Source: a bacterium (lineage in GTDB: Bacteria; CLD3; SB21). From it: DNA of 64,000 nucleotides. Location of the stretch: the NCBI GenBank assembly GCA_013360215.1, contig JABWCP010000001.1, forward strand, positions 153,144-217,143, in the 5' to 3' direction. The notes under the pieces were generated by a model. That model was not told the origin of the DNA. It searched no databases and was given only the letters and a program-made list of their open reading frames with translations. Every line of letters starts with the position of its first letter. Positions within the stretch are counted from its first letter, which is position 1. Position numbers and translations under genes: made by a program. Shown in pieces: positions 8,836-19,800 of this stretch.

Positions 8836-10551
8836 ATGCGCAGTCCCCTGCTTTTTGTTTCCCTGCTTTTTTCCGCATTACCCGCGTTTGCTCAAACATC
8901 CGTAGCGGAACTGAAAAACTTTGAGATGGATAAAATCTATGTCAAAGGATTCAGCGTTTCCAAAAACTCATCCGTGCATATCAAAGGCATCGGTGTGATG
9001 TCGGATCACGAAAAATGGTATCGCTGGAATCCCATGATCGCCTACGGATGGATCATCAACGCGGATACCCGTGAATTGGTTTGGACCATGGATCCTTCCA
9101 ACGTCACCAGCAATTGGAACTCGCGCAACATAGTTTACGAGGGCAATCTGACGTTAGCGCCGGGTAATTATGAAGCCTATTACACCACGACGGGCCAAAA
9201 GGTTATTCGTATCTCCCGCTCACAAAGTTATTTCAATCAATTCTTCAAAAATCTGGCCAATGTTTTTGTTGACGATGCCGATTTGTACGAAAACGCGGAT
9301 GAGTGGTTATTACAAATCACATCGGATGAAAGACCATCCAATTTTGGTTCATACGACGGCGCTTTACCCAAAAGCGTTTTCCTGAACCTTTGCGGCGCCC
9401 GCGACAGCGATTACCGGGAAAAAGGTTTTACGCTGGAGCGCGACATCAAAGTCAAAGTGTATTGCAACGGCGAAGGCCAAGACCGGCGCATGTATGATTA
9501 TGGCTGGATCGCTGAGGATAAATCTTCAAAGACCGTATGGGAAATGCGTTTTGATAATACCGAACACGGCGGTGGCGCTGAAAAAAATCGTTTGTATCGC
9601 GGCATCATCACCTTGCCCGCCGGCAACTATGTTGCAACATTCCTAACGGATGATTCGCATTCGTTTATGGATTGGAATATGCAACCGCCGTACGATCCCT
9701 CTTCATGGGGTATGATGCTGAGTGTCGTTGACGAGCGCGATTTGGATTTTGTACGCGAATACAAAAAAGCCAAGAAACAGGAAATTCTTTCCATTACCGG
9801 TGTCGGCGATGAACAGTTCCGTTCTGAAGGCTTATCGCTCAGCCGTAAAACGGATCTACATGTTTTTGCCCTGGGAGAAGGCCGTGAAAACCGGATGTAC
9901 GATTATGGATGGATCGTCAATGCGCGCGACGGCAACACGATATGGGAAATGCGATTCCGCGATACCAAGTTCGCCGGTGGCGCCGACAAAAACCGTTTAT
10001 TTGATGGAGTCGTATCGTTACCTGCCGGTGAATATATGGTGTACTATCGTACCGACGGTTCGCATTCGGCTGAAGATTGGAACGATGATCCGCCATACAA
10101 CCAACAAAAATGGGGCATTACGTTAAGTCTTGTTAATAACAGCGATGCATCGTCCATCAGCAAACTTAATGAATTGCCGGAAGATAATAATGTTCTCGCA
10201 CAGATCGTTCGCGTCGGAGATGACGAATACGAAACCCGCGACTTTTCGCTGAATCGCGCCACCGAAGTGCGCATCCAATGCATCGGTGAAGGACGTTCCG
10301 GAAGAATGTACGATTACGGATGGATAAAAAACGCTGAAACCGGTCAGACTGTTTGGAAAATGCTGTATGAAGATACCGAGCCAGCTGGTGGTGCACGAAA
10401 AAACAGATCATTTAATGGTGTGGTCCTATTGGCTCCGGGAAATTACAAGGTAACTTTTATTTCGGATGATTCACATTCCTACGAAGATTGGAACGACGAT
10501 CCGCCGAATTTACCGGACCGCTGGGGTATTACGGTACGCGTCAATAAATAG
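8836..10551 (+). CDS. Secreted protein of unknown function with four tandem ~120-135 aa repeats
   Basis: Signal peptide MRSPLLFVSLLFSALPAFA-Q, so ATG 8836 is preferred over GTG 8797. Recurring motifs GEG..RMYDYGWI, VWEM, GGA.KNR, LP.G.Y, D(D/G)SHS..DWN..PP, WGI. Confidence 0.88.
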   Translation: MRSPLLFVSLLFSALPAFAQTSVAELKNFEMDKIYVKGFSVSKNSSVHIKGIGVMSDHEKWYRWNPMIAYGWIINADTRELVWTMDPSNVTSNWNSRNIVYEGNLTLAPGNYEAYYTTTGQKVIRISRSQSYFNQFFKNLANVFVDDADLYENADEWLLQITSDERPSNFGSYDGALPKSVFLNLCGARDSDYREKGFTLERDIKVKVYCNGEGQDRRMYDYGWIAEDKSSKTVWEMRFDNTEHGGGAEKNRLYRGIITLPAGNYVATFLTDDSHSFMDWNMQPPYDPSSWGMMLSVVDERDLDFVREYKKAKKQEILSITGVGDEQFRSEGLSLSRKTDLHVFALGEGRENRMYDYGWIVNARDGNTIWEMRFRDTKFAGGADKNRLFDGVVSLPAGEYMVYYRTDGSHSAEDWNDDPPYNQQKWGITLSLVNNSDASSISKLNELPEDNNVLAQIVRVGDDEYETRDFSLNRATEVRIQCIGEGRSGRMYDYGWIKNAETGQTVWKMLYEDTEPAGGARKNRSFNGVVLLAPGNYKVTFISDDSHSYEDWNDDPPNLPDRWGITVRVNK

Positions 10552-10568
10552 TTTTCCCCTACTGAAAA

Positions 10569-10603
10569 AATAAAACCCTGAGTTGAACTCAGGGTTTTTT
10601 ATT
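10569..10603. terminator. Bidirectional intrinsic terminator
   Basis: AATAAAACCCTGAGT-tga-ACTCAGGGTTTTTTATT between convergent genes. Confidence 0.85.
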
Positions 10604-10622
10604 GCCATTTTTATAAATTGCC

Positions 10623-12506
10623 TCAAGCGGCTACGGTCGGCGCAGATTGTGATTTAGTTTTTGATTCTTTGGATTCCGCGATACCCGCTTCCATCCAACC
10701 GTATTTATTATTCAAAATATCTTTGGCCATGTTGTATTTAGCGTTGTCATCATTATTCCACATGGCTTTGAATGACACTTCGACGCGACGTCGTGCGTTA
10801 CGGCAAAAAAGATCCGCAAGCTTCATCGCATCGGAATTACCTTCTTTGGCCATCTTGACGGCACGCGACATCGTAGCCGACATAGCAAAAAGTTCGGCAC
10901 CGATATCAACGGCGCGGAACAAGAATGCCTGTTTGTATGCCAGTTTAGCTTGATGACGCATCATTCCGTGGAAAATCTCCCGGGATAATTTGCGTGTTTT
11001 GCGTTCGACAAAACGCATGTGCGTCGCGAGCGGACCAAATTCACTAAAACGTGGCCACCGTCCCCAACCTAACCAGCGTGTCGGATACCAAATGCCATAA
11101 AACAGCGCAATCTTAGGCAGAGCTCCCAGTTTTTCACCGATAGAGGATTTGGGATCGATCATTTTCCAAGCAACTTCCAAATGTTTATCTACGGCTTCCC
11201 GCGCAATAAACAAGCGCATAATTTCACTCGATCCTTCAAAAATCAAATTAATTCGAAAATCACGCATCATACGTTCAACAGCAACCGGATCTTCACCGCG
11301 TGCGCGTAAAGAATCGGCCGTTTCATATCCGCGGCCGCCGCGTATCTGCAGCGTATCATCTACAATTTTCCAACCGGCTTCGGTATTATACATTTTACCG
11401 ACAGCGGCCTCTAGGCGAATGTCCAACTTCTTATCCGCCATGGCTGTAGATAACGAAGCAACCGATTCCATGGCAAACGTCATGGAAGCCATATCGGCAA
11501 TTTTTTGTGCGATGGCTTCATGTTTACCGATGGGTTGTCCCCACTGTACACGCTTGGAAGCCCATTCCCGCGCAACATGGAGGCATGCTTTCGCCGTTCC
11601 CGCCGCTCCCGCCGGCAGTGTCAATCGCCCGGTATTGAGCGTGATTAACGCCAACTTGAGACCTTTACCTCTACCCCAAATGATGTTTTCTTTGGGCACG
11701 CGCACGTCTTTGAATGACAGAACCGCATTTTCCAATGCTTTGAGACCCATGAAGTAACAGCGATGATCTACTTTTACGCCGGGCCATTTGGTCTCAACGA
11801 TAAACGCTGTGATCGCTCCGTCTTCAGGATGACGTGCCATCACAACGATGATATCAGCGATTGTACCGTTGGTACACCATAGTTTTTCACCATTGAGTAT
11901 GTACGACTGACCGTCTTCGCTTTCAACAGCGGTGGTGTGCAACTTGGCAGGATCCGAACCGGCTTCAGGTTCCGTCAGCGCAAACGCTGAAATTTCGCCT
12001 TTGGCTAATCGAGGCAGATACTTTTGTTTTTGTTCGTCGGTACCAAATAGCATCAGCGGTTGAGGTACGCCGATGGATTGATGTGCAGACAATAAGGCAA
12101 TCACATTGCCATCTTTCGTACAGATCAATTCCATTATTTTATTATATTCGGCTTGCGAAAATTCCAAACCACCGTACTCTTTTTTGATCTTCATGCCGAA
12201 CGCACCCATCGCCTTGAGCCGGTCGCGCACCGCCATGGGTATTTTTCCTTCACGATCGATCGCATCGGAATCCACTTCCTCTTCGATGAACTTCTTGAAC
12301 TCGGTATAAAACTGCTGAAATTCGGGACGGTTAATTCCCTTGGGTTCCGGATACGGATGAACTAAATCCAGACGAAGGTTACCTAAAAAAATTTCACGCA
12401 AAAAACTGGGATTTTCCCATTTGCTCTCGCGGGCGGATTCGGCTACTTCCCGAGCCTCTTCCTCGGTGACATGGCGCTTGCCGCTTTGTGCATCATGAGC
12501 TGACAT
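10623..12506 (-). CDS. Acyl-CoA dehydrogenase (long, VLCAD/FadE-like)
   Basis: [48 protein letters not shown]. The start at 12506 (MSAHD) follows an AGGAAAGG RBS; the ORF track extends to 12569. Confidence 0.92.
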   Translation of the reverse strand: MSAHDAQSGKRHVTEEEAREVAESARESKWENPSFLREIFLGNLRLDLVHPYPEPKGINRPEFQQFYTEFKKFIEEEVDSDAIDREGKIPMAVRDRLKAMGAFGMKIKKEYGGLEFSQAEYNKIMELICTKDGNVIALLSAHQSIGVPQPLMLFGTDEQKQKYLPRLAKGEISAFALTEPEAGSDPAKLHTTAVESEDGQSYILNGEKLWCTNGTIADIIVVMARHPEDGAITAFIVETKWPGVKVDHRCYFMGLKALENAVLSFKDVRVPKENIIWGRGKGLKLALITLNTGRLTLPAGAAGTAKACLHVAREWASKRVQWGQPIGKHEAIAQKIADMASMTFAMESVASLSTAMADKKLDIRLEAAVGKMYNTEAGWKIVDDTLQIRGGRGYETADSLRARGEDPVAVERMMRDFRINLIFEGSSEIMRLFIAREAVDKHLEVAWKMIDPKSSIGEKLGALPKIALFYGIWYPTRWLGWGRWPRFSEFGPLATHMRFVERKTRKLSREIFHGMMRHQAKLAYKQAFLFRAVDIGAELFAMSATMSRAVKMAKEGNSDAMKLADLFCRNARRRVEVSFKAMWNNDDNAKYNMAKDILNNKYGWMEAGIAESKESKTKSQSAPTVAA

Positions 12507-12629
12507 TATCGGATTACCTTTCCTGTAATAACATATGTGATAAATAAAAAGCTTGTTTGTATAAATCAAATATCCAAATTCATTGCACTAAATTCAAATT
12601 AAAAATACGCCGTCAGACGGATATTACGC

Positions 12630-12658
12630 TTGTATTTTTACATGTGGTCGGCTATATT
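12630..12658 (+). promoter_or_regulatory. sigma70-like promoter
   Basis: TTGTAT-N17-TATATT upstream of 12697. Confidence 0.5.
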
Positions 12659-12696
12659 AGCCCGCTTTTTAATTTTCGTTCAAATCTTACGATTTC

Positions 12697-14667
12697 ATGT
12701 TCAATTTTTCTCGTACGCTGCTTCGTGATGTCATCTTATATGCCGTCCTCGTTGCTATTTTTATCGCTATTTTTCTCATCGGAGAATACATCTCCGACAG
12801 TTACTTTCCGCGCACCAGCGACTATGTGATTTTTTTCTTCAAAGCTCTGGTTTTCATCCTCATTTACGAGCCTATCCGTAAACTCACGGAACTCTATATC
12901 CGGAAAATCGTTTTTAGCTATTACTACCGTCGCCAGGAAGATCTCCGTGATTTGGATGCCCGGTTGGTTTCCACGATGGGTTATCATGAAATGGCCGATA
13001 TTATCACCGAACGGATTAGTGGATTGCTGAATGTCAAATACGCCGCGATTTACCTTCGCATCCCCGAATTTTTTTCATTGGTGAGTTCGTATGGCCGCAG
13101 TGACCTCATTACCAAACGTATTAAAGCCGACATGGCCGTTTATGATGCCTTGTTATCCGGCAAACGCGTATTCACAATAAATGAACTGTTTGTTATGCAT
13201 CAGACCGTTTTAACCGATGATGCGTTAAAAGTTTTCAAACACGAAGGCTGCAAATACATCATACCGATGTTAAAAAAAGACGGCATTAGCGCCTTGCTCG
13301 TGTTGGGTGAAGAAACGCAGATTCGCTACGATCTGAGCGACGAAGATAAAAAAATCCTCTGGCAATCCATGCAACGCGTCGGCAATACGCTTGAGAGTAC
13401 GCGCCTCTATAGTCAACTTCAAAAATCGCTCGTAGAAAAAGAAATCGTTCTAGAGATTGCCAAAAAATTTAACGGTGAAATTCATACCGAAAAATTGCTC
13501 GATAATATTCTCGATGCCGTCAAATCCATCGTGCCGTACGATGCCGCCGGTATTTTCCTGGTGAATGAAGTGACGCAAGAAATCGAAAGTGCGGTCATGC
13601 GCGGTTACGATCCTGAAGTAATGGAACAAATTCGCATGAAAGTCGGAACCGGTCTGATCGGTCACGTTGCGATCATTGGCAAACCGGTCATCGTAAAAGA
13701 CGTCAATTTTGATGAACACTACGTCAGTGTTCGTGACAATACCCGATCCGAAATAACAATTCCCATCAAGGACAGCGACCGTACCATCGGTGTACTCAAT
13801 CTCGAAAGTGACATGCTCGGCGCTTACCATGAGGGATTTCTCGATATACTCAATGCAATCGCCGGCGAAGCCGGAATTGCCATACAAAATGCACAGCTCA
13901 ACGAGCAAGCCATTCGCAATGAAGAATTGCAAAAAGAACTTAAAATTGCAGGTAAGATCCAGCAGGCTATCCTCCCGCAGCAGTTACCGCGTATTCCCAA
14001 TCTGCAAATAACGGCCAAAAGCCTTCCCTGTTATGCTGTCGGCGGCGACTTCTATGATGTGCTAAAGCTTAATGATCATCAGGTCACGGTTTCCATCGGC
14101 GATGTATCCGGAAAAGGCGTACCGGGCGCCATCATGATGTCCGTATTGTACACCAGCTATCGTGGCATGGTGCACGAATACAAAACGAGCTGGGAAGTCG
14201 TTAATAGTTTGAACAACCTCCTTTGCACACATACGGCCGAAGGCCGCTATGCAACGTTCTTTCACTGCATAATTGATTTTGAACGCCTCATCATGTATTA
14301 TACGAATGCGGGCCATAATCCGCCGATGATCCGTAAAGAAAGCGGCGAATGGATCAAACTTCGGGAGGGCGGCATTGTATTGGGATTCATCCCCGATCAG
14401 GATTATCGTCAGATGACCCAGCCGCTTGATCCGGGCGACATCATCGTATTGTACACAGACGGGATTACGGAAGTATTCAGCGAAGCCGAAGAATTGTTCG
14501 GCGAAGAGCGTCTCAAAGAGGTTATAGAAAATAACCGTGAAACTTCTGCTAAAAATATTCAGGACGAAATCATCGCCGCGGTCAGCACATTTGCCCCGGA
14601 TCAGGAAATGCAACAGGACGATATTACACTCGTGATTATTAAAATCGAAAAAAGTACATTAGTATAA
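12697..14667 (+). CDS. Membrane-anchored GAF-domain SpoIIE/PP2C (RsbU-like) phosphatase
   Basis: Two N-terminal TM helices and GAF domains (GTGLIGHVA, RSEITIPI). PP2C motifs VGGDFYD, IGDVSGKG, NAGHNPP, LYTDGITE, DDIT. Confidence 0.92.
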   Translation: MFNFSRTLLRDVILYAVLVAIFIAIFLIGEYISDSYFPRTSDYVIFFFKALVFILIYEPIRKLTELYIRKIVFSYYYRRQEDLRDLDARLVSTMGYHEMADIITERISGLLNVKYAAIYLRIPEFFSLVSSYGRSDLITKRIKADMAVYDALLSGKRVFTINELFVMHQTVLTDDALKVFKHEGCKYIIPMLKKDGISALLVLGEETQIRYDLSDEDKKILWQSMQRVGNTLESTRLYSQLQKSLVEKEIVLEIAKKFNGEIHTEKLLDNILDAVKSIVPYDAAGIFLVNEVTQEIESAVMRGYDPEVMEQIRMKVGTGLIGHVAIIGKPVIVKDVNFDEHYVSVRDNTRSEITIPIKDSDRTIGVLNLESDMLGAYHEGFLDILNAIAGEAGIAIQNAQLNEQAIRNEELQKELKIAGKIQQAILPQQLPRIPNLQITAKSLPCYAVGGDFYDVLKLNDHQVTVSIGDVSGKGVPGAIMMSVLYTSYRGMVHEYKTSWEVVNSLNNLLCTHTAEGRYATFFHCIIDFERLIMYYTNAGHNPPMIRKESGEWIKLREGGIVLGFIPDQDYRQMTQPLDPGDIIVLYTDGITEVFSEAEELFGEERLKEVIENNRETSAKNIQDEIIAAVSTFAPDQEMQQDDITLVIIKIEKSTLV

Positions 14668-14695
14668 ATGATACAGTTTTGGAGCAAGGGACATC

Positions 14696-15691
14696 ATGGC
14701 ATCGGTTGACATCAAAGCACTGAACGAGCGCATTTATATCGAAAGCGGATTCATTGACAACATTCTCAAAGAAGTCGGCCTCGTTATCGTCGGTCAAAAG
14801 TATATGATCGAGCGTTTATTAGTAGCGCTTTTGTCCAACGGCCACGTTCTGCTCGAAGGCGTGCCGGGTCTTGCGAAAACCTTAGCGATCAAAACATTGT
14901 CGGAAACGATTCATACCAAGTTTCAACGTATTCAGTTCACGCCCGACCTTTTGCCCGCCGATTTGCTCGGAACGCTGATTTACAATCAGAAAGAAGGAAA
15001 TTTTTATACCCGCAAAGGACCGGTTTTTTCCAATCTTATTTTAGCGGATGAAATCAACCGTTCACCGGCCAAAGTGCAAAGCGCGTTGCTTGAAGCTATG
15101 CAAGAGCGTCAGGTTACCATCAGCGATACGACGTATCCTCTGCCGGAACCTTTTCTCGTATTGGCGACGCAAAATCCCGTCGAGCAGGAAGGAACATATC
15201 CTCTGCCCGAAGCGCAAGTGGATCGCTTTATGCTCAAACTCAAGGTGGGTTATCCTACGCGCGATGAGGAATTGGAGATTATACGCCGCAATGCAACGAC
15301 GGCACCGCAACTGAAAGTTAAGCCGGTGGCGACCCCGGAAGAAATTTTACGCGCACGCAAAACGGTAAACGAAATATACATGGACGAAAAAATCGAAAAC
15401 TATATTGTCGATCTCGTTTTTGCGACACGTCAACCGGAAAAATATGGATTGCCGGAGTTAAAGCCGCTGATTCACTTTGGCGCTTCACCGCGCGCATCCA
15501 TCAGTTTGACCCTTGCATCCAAAGCGTATGCATTTCTCAAGCGTCGGGGTTATGTGATCCCGGAAGACGTACGCGCCGTGGCTATGGATGTATTGCGTCA
15601 TCGCGTTATACTCACTTACGAGGCCGAAGCCGAGGAACTGACTACCGAAGAAATCATTACGCAAGTTTTGAATAAAGTCGAAGTACCGTAA
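14696..15691 (+). CDS. moxR: MoxR-family AAA+ ATPase
   Basis: EGVPGLAKT, RIQFTPDLLPAD, LADEINR, ATQNPVEQEGTYPLPEAQVDRF, GASPRA. Confidence 0.95.
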   Translation: MASVDIKALNERIYIESGFIDNILKEVGLVIVGQKYMIERLLVALLSNGHVLLEGVPGLAKTLAIKTLSETIHTKFQRIQFTPDLLPADLLGTLIYNQKEGNFYTRKGPVFSNLILADEINRSPAKVQSALLEAMQERQVTISDTTYPLPEPFLVLATQNPVEQEGTYPLPEAQVDRFMLKLKVGYPTRDEELEIIRRNATTAPQLKVKPVATPEEILRARKTVNEIYMDEKIENYIVDLVFATRQPEKYGLPELKPLIHFGASPRASISLTLASKAYAFLKRRGYVIPEDVRAVAMDVLRHRVILTYEAEAEELTTEEIITQVLNKVEVP

Positions 15692-15766
15692 CATCGGTTC
15701 AGCCGCATTTGCGATCATACGCAGATCGGCTTTCTAACTTTCAACGCTCACCCGAGTATATATAAT

Positions 15767-17905
15767 ATGGATTCCTTATTTAGTCTTAAGCTGAAGATCG
15801 AAGGCGGTCTGGCATGGCTGACCTTTGACTATCCCGGTGAAAAATTTAATAAACTTTCCACCCCCGTCATGCAAGCGCTCAATCAGGCTTTGGATTATTT
15901 GGCAAGTCAGTCGCCATCTATACAGGGCTGTATCATTCACAGTGCCAAAGACGGTATTTTTATCGTCGGTGCGGATATTGATGAAATCAAAAATATCACC
16001 GACCCCAAAATCGCGGAAGCCGCCGCCGCGCAGGGACAAGCCATTTTCACGAAAATAGAAAAACTTCCCTTCCCGACCGTTTGCCTTATTCATGGCGCGT
16101 GTATGGGAGGTGGTACGGAGTTAGCACTGGCCTGCACCTACCGTATTGCAACCGATTCACCTAAAACAAAAATCGGCCTTCCGGAAGTCATGATCGGCAT
16201 AGTGCCGGGTTTTGGCGGAACCCAGCGTCTGCCTCGTCTTATAGGCCTCCAGCGTGCCCTCCCCATGATTTTGTCAGGTAAAGCTTACGACGGGAAAAAT
16301 GCATTGAGGAACGGTGTTGTAGACAAAGTCATACCGTCTGAATTTGCCGAACGCTATGCTGCCGCTTTTGTACAAGAAATTATTTCCGGAAAAACAACCG
16401 GGTATGTCAAACGACGTAAACCATCGGGGCTCATTAATTTTTTACTCGAATCCGTTGGCAAACCGCTGATCTACAGTCAGGCGCGTAAAAGTGTACTCAA
16501 AGAAAGCAAAGGCCAATACCCCGCTCCGTTAAAAGCATTAGACGCTGTACGCGAAGGGTATTCCCAATCGCTTGAAAACGGATTGAAAATTGAGGCGCGT
16601 TATTTAGGCGAAATGGTTGCTTCTCCGATTTCTAAAAATCTGATACGGATTTTTAGGCTCACTGAGCAAATTAAAAAAGATACAGGGGTAACCGACAAAT
16701 CCGTAAAATCGCCCGAGATACGTTATGCCGGTGTACTGGGCGCAGGCGTCATGGGTGGCGGAATCGCCTATCTTTTTTCTAATTATGATATCGAAGTACG
16801 ACTAAAAGACATCAACCATCAAGCAATCACATTGGGTCTCGACTCAGCTAAAAAAGTATATGAGCGGGCATTAAAACGACGTAAACTAACCAAACAAACG
16901 TTCAACAGGAAAATGTCCTATATCACCGGCGCATTGGATTATTCCGGTTTTCGCCGTTGCGATCTGGTTGTCGAAGCCATCGTCGAAAATATGGATGTGA
17001 AGAAAAAAGTTATCGGTGAACTTTCAAGTCACGTCAGCGATAGCTGTATCGTAGCGTCCAATACGTCTTCCTTATCCATAACCGAAATGGCGAAGGCTTA
17101 TAAAAATCCCGACAAATTTATCGGAATGCATTTTTTTAACCCGGTACACAAAATGCCGCTCGTCGAAATTATTCGCGGAGAAAAAACATCGGATGCGACA
17201 GTGGCCACGATCTATGCGTTGTCAAAAAAGCTCGGTAAACAGCCTATCGTCGTAAAGGACGGACCGGGGTTTCTTGTCAATCGTCTCTTGATGCCCTATC
17301 TCAATGAAGCCGGGCATCTGATGGAGCAAGGCGTTACCATCGAACTATTGGATAAAACGATGCTCGATTTCGGTATGCCGATGGGTCCGGCGCTACTTAT
17401 CGATGAAGTCGGAATTGACGTAGCGTACAAAGTCGGCCATATTTTTTACGATGCATTCGGCAAACGCGTACAACCGTCCCGCGTTGTCGAAAAACTTTAT
17501 GAGGCCAAACGTCTCGGAAAAAAAGGAAAATTAGGATTTTATAAACACGCTGACGACAAACCTCAGGTTGATCCTGCCGTCTACGCGCTTATAGGAGCAA
17601 ATCAAACTTCGACTATCCGTTCAGAAGAAATGGTCGAACGCATGACCTATACGATGATCAACGAAGCGGCCATGTGTTTGGCCGAAGGAATCGTCAGCCA
17701 ACCTAGCGATGTCGAAATCGGGATGATCTTCGGAACAGGTTTTGCTCCATTTCGCGGTGGCCTTTTGCGATACGCCGACAGCGAAGGTCTTGATAAAATA
17801 GTTGCACAGCTTGAAAAATATGCGCACACTTACGGCGTACGTTTTACCCCATGCGATTATTTGGTACAGTTGCAAAAATCAGGTAAAAAATTTTATAACG
17901 AATAA
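15767..17905 (+). CDS. fadJ: Fatty acid oxidation complex alpha subunit (enoyl-CoA hydratase/3-hydroxyacyl-CoA dehydrogenase)
   Basis: [57 protein letters not shown]. Confidence 0.92.
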   Translation: MDSLFSLKLKIEGGLAWLTFDYPGEKFNKLSTPVMQALNQALDYLASQSPSIQGCIIHSAKDGIFIVGADIDEIKNITDPKIAEAAAAQGQAIFTKIEKLPFPTVCLIHGACMGGGTELALACTYRIATDSPKTKIGLPEVMIGIVPGFGGTQRLPRLIGLQRALPMILSGKAYDGKNALRNGVVDKVIPSEFAERYAAAFVQEIISGKTTGYVKRRKPSGLINFLLESVGKPLIYSQARKSVLKESKGQYPAPLKALDAVREGYSQSLENGLKIEARYLGEMVASPISKNLIRIFRLTEQIKKDTGVTDKSVKSPEIRYAGVLGAGVMGGGIAYLFSNYDIEVRLKDINHQAITLGLDSAKKVYERALKRRKLTKQTFNRKMSYITGALDYSGFRRCDLVVEAIVENMDVKKKVIGELSSHVSDSCIVASNTSSLSITEMAKAYKNPDKFIGMHFFNPVHKMPLVEIIRGEKTSDATVATIYALSKKLGKQPIVVKDGPGFLVNRLLMPYLNEAGHLMEQGVTIELLDKTMLDFGMPMGPALLIDEVGIDVAYKVGHIFYDAFGKRVQPSRVVEKLYEAKRLGKKGKLGFYKHADDKPQVDPAVYALIGANQTSTIRSEEMVERMTYTMINEAAMCLAEGIVSQPSDVEIGMIFGTGFAPFRGGLLRYADSEGLDKIVAQLEKYAHTYGVRFTPCDYLVQLQKSGKKFYNE

Positions 17906-17938
17906 CTAAATCAAACGAACAAACGAAAGGACTGAATC

Positions 17939-18097
17939 ATGCTTGGCGATAAACTCATCAGCAAAGGTGTTATCAATCAATCCCAACTGGACGAATGCCT
18001 CAAAGAACAACAAAGCAGCGGTAAAAAACTCGGTGAAGTTATCATCGCCAAAGGCTATGCGACACAAGCTCAGATTGATGCCGCTTTAGCCGGATAG
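17939..18097 (+). CDS. 52-aa stand-alone MshEN-like (c-di-GMP-binding motif) microprotein
   Basis: Below the ORF-track cutoff. AAAGGA RBS. MLGDKLISKGVINQSQLDECLKEQ-QSSGK-KLGEVIIAKGYATQAQIDAALAG gives two tandem copies of the (R)LGxxLxxxGxIxxxxLxxxLxxQ pattern with a 5-residue spacer. Confidence 0.85.
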   Translation: MLGDKLISKGVINQSQLDECLKEQQSSGKKLGEVIIAKGYATQAQIDAALAG

Positions 18098-18112
18098 ACT
18101 TCGGATTATCGC

Positions 18113-18141
18113 TTGAAATCTTTTGCACAGCCGCGTATATT
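18113..18141 (+). promoter_or_regulatory. sigma70-like promoter
   Basis: TTGAAA-N17-TATATT, the same hexamers as the tRNA promoter at 36041. Confidence 0.6.
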
Positions 18142-18184
18142 CGACTGCATTTAACATTTCATTTTATATTCAGGCCCAGCCCTT

Positions 18185-19693
18185 ATGGATAAAGACCTCA
18201 TCGCTATTCAAGAAGCACGCGACATCGCCCGTGCAGCTAAAGCCGCACAAAAAGAGTTTGCAAAATTTACGCAACAAAAAGTAGATGCCCTTGTCAAAGC
18301 GATGGCCGATGCCGGGCTGGCCGCCGCAGATCGTTTGGCGCGTATGGCCGCCGACGAAACGCGTATGGGACGTTATGAGGATAAGATTGTAAAAAATCAA
18401 TTTGGCACACGCGATGTGTACGAATACATCAAGGACATGAAAACGGTCGGTGTCTTGCGGTACGATGATAAACTCAAATTTTATGAGATCGGTACTCCGA
18501 TGGGTGTCGTATGCGCTATTATCCCTACGACCAATCCCACATCTACCGTGATGTATAAAATTTTAATATCGCTTAAAGCCGGTAATGCCATCGCTATCGC
18601 TCCCCATCCGCGTGCAGCCAAGTGTACTTATGAAGCCATGCGCATCCTCCGCGACGTTGCCGAATCTATGGGCGCACCCAAAGGTCTCATCGGTTGCATC
18701 GAACATCCGACGCTTGAAGGAACACAAGCATTGATGAAGTGCCCGGAGACTTCGGTGATTTTGGCTACCGGCGGGCCCGGTATTGTACGCGAAGCGTACA
18801 GTTCGGGTAAACCGGCTCTGGGCGTAGGCTCTGGCAATGTCCCCGCTTTTATCGAAAAAACGGCGAATGTTAAAAAAGCTATCGCCGATATCGTCGCGGG
18901 TAAATGTTTCGATTACGGTTTATTATGTTCATCTGAAAACTCCATCGTTGCCGACGCCGCACTGCGTGATCAGGTTATTGCTGAATTGAAAGCCAATCGC
19001 GCATATGTTTGCAATAACGAAGAAAAAATTAAGCTTCAGCAACTGATGTTTCCTAAAGGAAAATTGAATACCCAGATTATTGGCCTTCCTGCACCTAAAA
19101 TTGCGCAAATGGCCGGTGTAGCGGCACCATCGGATGCGACGGTCCTGGTTGTTCCTTGCGAAAAAGTCGGCAAAGAAGAACCCCTGTCAGCCGAAAAACT
19201 TTCACCGGTATTATCGCTTTTTTGGGTAAACGGGTGGGAACAAGGCTGTGACCGCGCGCTGGAAATTCTCAATTTCGGCGGTATAGGACATACGATGTCC
19301 ATTCATTCGCAGGATAATGATGTGATCATGAAGTTCGGCCTCGAAAAACCGGCCTTCCGTATTTGCGTGAACACCGTTTCCACCTTAGGCGCTGTCGGTT
19401 ACACGACCGGCCTCGCACCGTCCATGACACTCGGACCCGGCACACTCGGAGGCTCTATCACGACGGATAATATCATGCCGTATCATTTGATGAACGTAAA
19501 GCGGCTTGCTTTCGAAATACGCCCGTTCAAATCTTCTTTAGTTCACGGCAATACCGAATCACCGGCAAAAGATACAAGCAAAAAAACCGCCGAAATATCG
19601 CCTGCCCCCGTTTCTTCTTCGCCTAAGAATGATTCTTTGTCGGAAAAAGAAATAGATAAAATCGTAGAGGAATTCATTCGCAGCAGAAAATAG
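18185..19693 (+). CDS. CoA-acylating aldehyde dehydrogenase (EutE/PduP/AdhE-N family) with a C-terminal encapsulation-peptide-like helix
   Basis: PTTNPTST, PHPRA, LATGG, GVGSGN, catalytic CSSE, EKLSP, GHTMSIHS. Ser/Pro/Lys-rich linker followed by LSEKEIDKIVEEFIRSRK. Confidence 0.9.
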   Translation: MDKDLIAIQEARDIARAAKAAQKEFAKFTQQKVDALVKAMADAGLAAADRLARMAADETRMGRYEDKIVKNQFGTRDVYEYIKDMKTVGVLRYDDKLKFYEIGTPMGVVCAIIPTTNPTSTVMYKILISLKAGNAIAIAPHPRAAKCTYEAMRILRDVAESMGAPKGLIGCIEHPTLEGTQALMKCPETSVILATGGPGIVREAYSSGKPALGVGSGNVPAFIEKTANVKKAIADIVAGKCFDYGLLCSSENSIVADAALRDQVIAELKANRAYVCNNEEKIKLQQLMFPKGKLNTQIIGLPAPKIAQMAGVAAPSDATVLVVPCEKVGKEEPLSAEKLSPVLSLFWVNGWEQGCDRALEILNFGGIGHTMSIHSQDNDVIMKFGLEKPAFRICVNTVSTLGAVGYTTGLAPSMTLGPGTLGGSITTDNIMPYHLMNVKRLAFEIRPFKSSLVHGNTESPAKDTSKKTAEISPAPVSSSPKNDSLSEKEIDKIVEEFIRSRK

Positions 19694-19800
19694 CATATAA
19701 AATCTATTGCAAATTAACGTGTTTTACGTGACATTGCATCAGCTTTTAAGCACTTCGCTCAACGTGAAGTGCTTTTTCATTAAAGGAGATAACACCCCTC

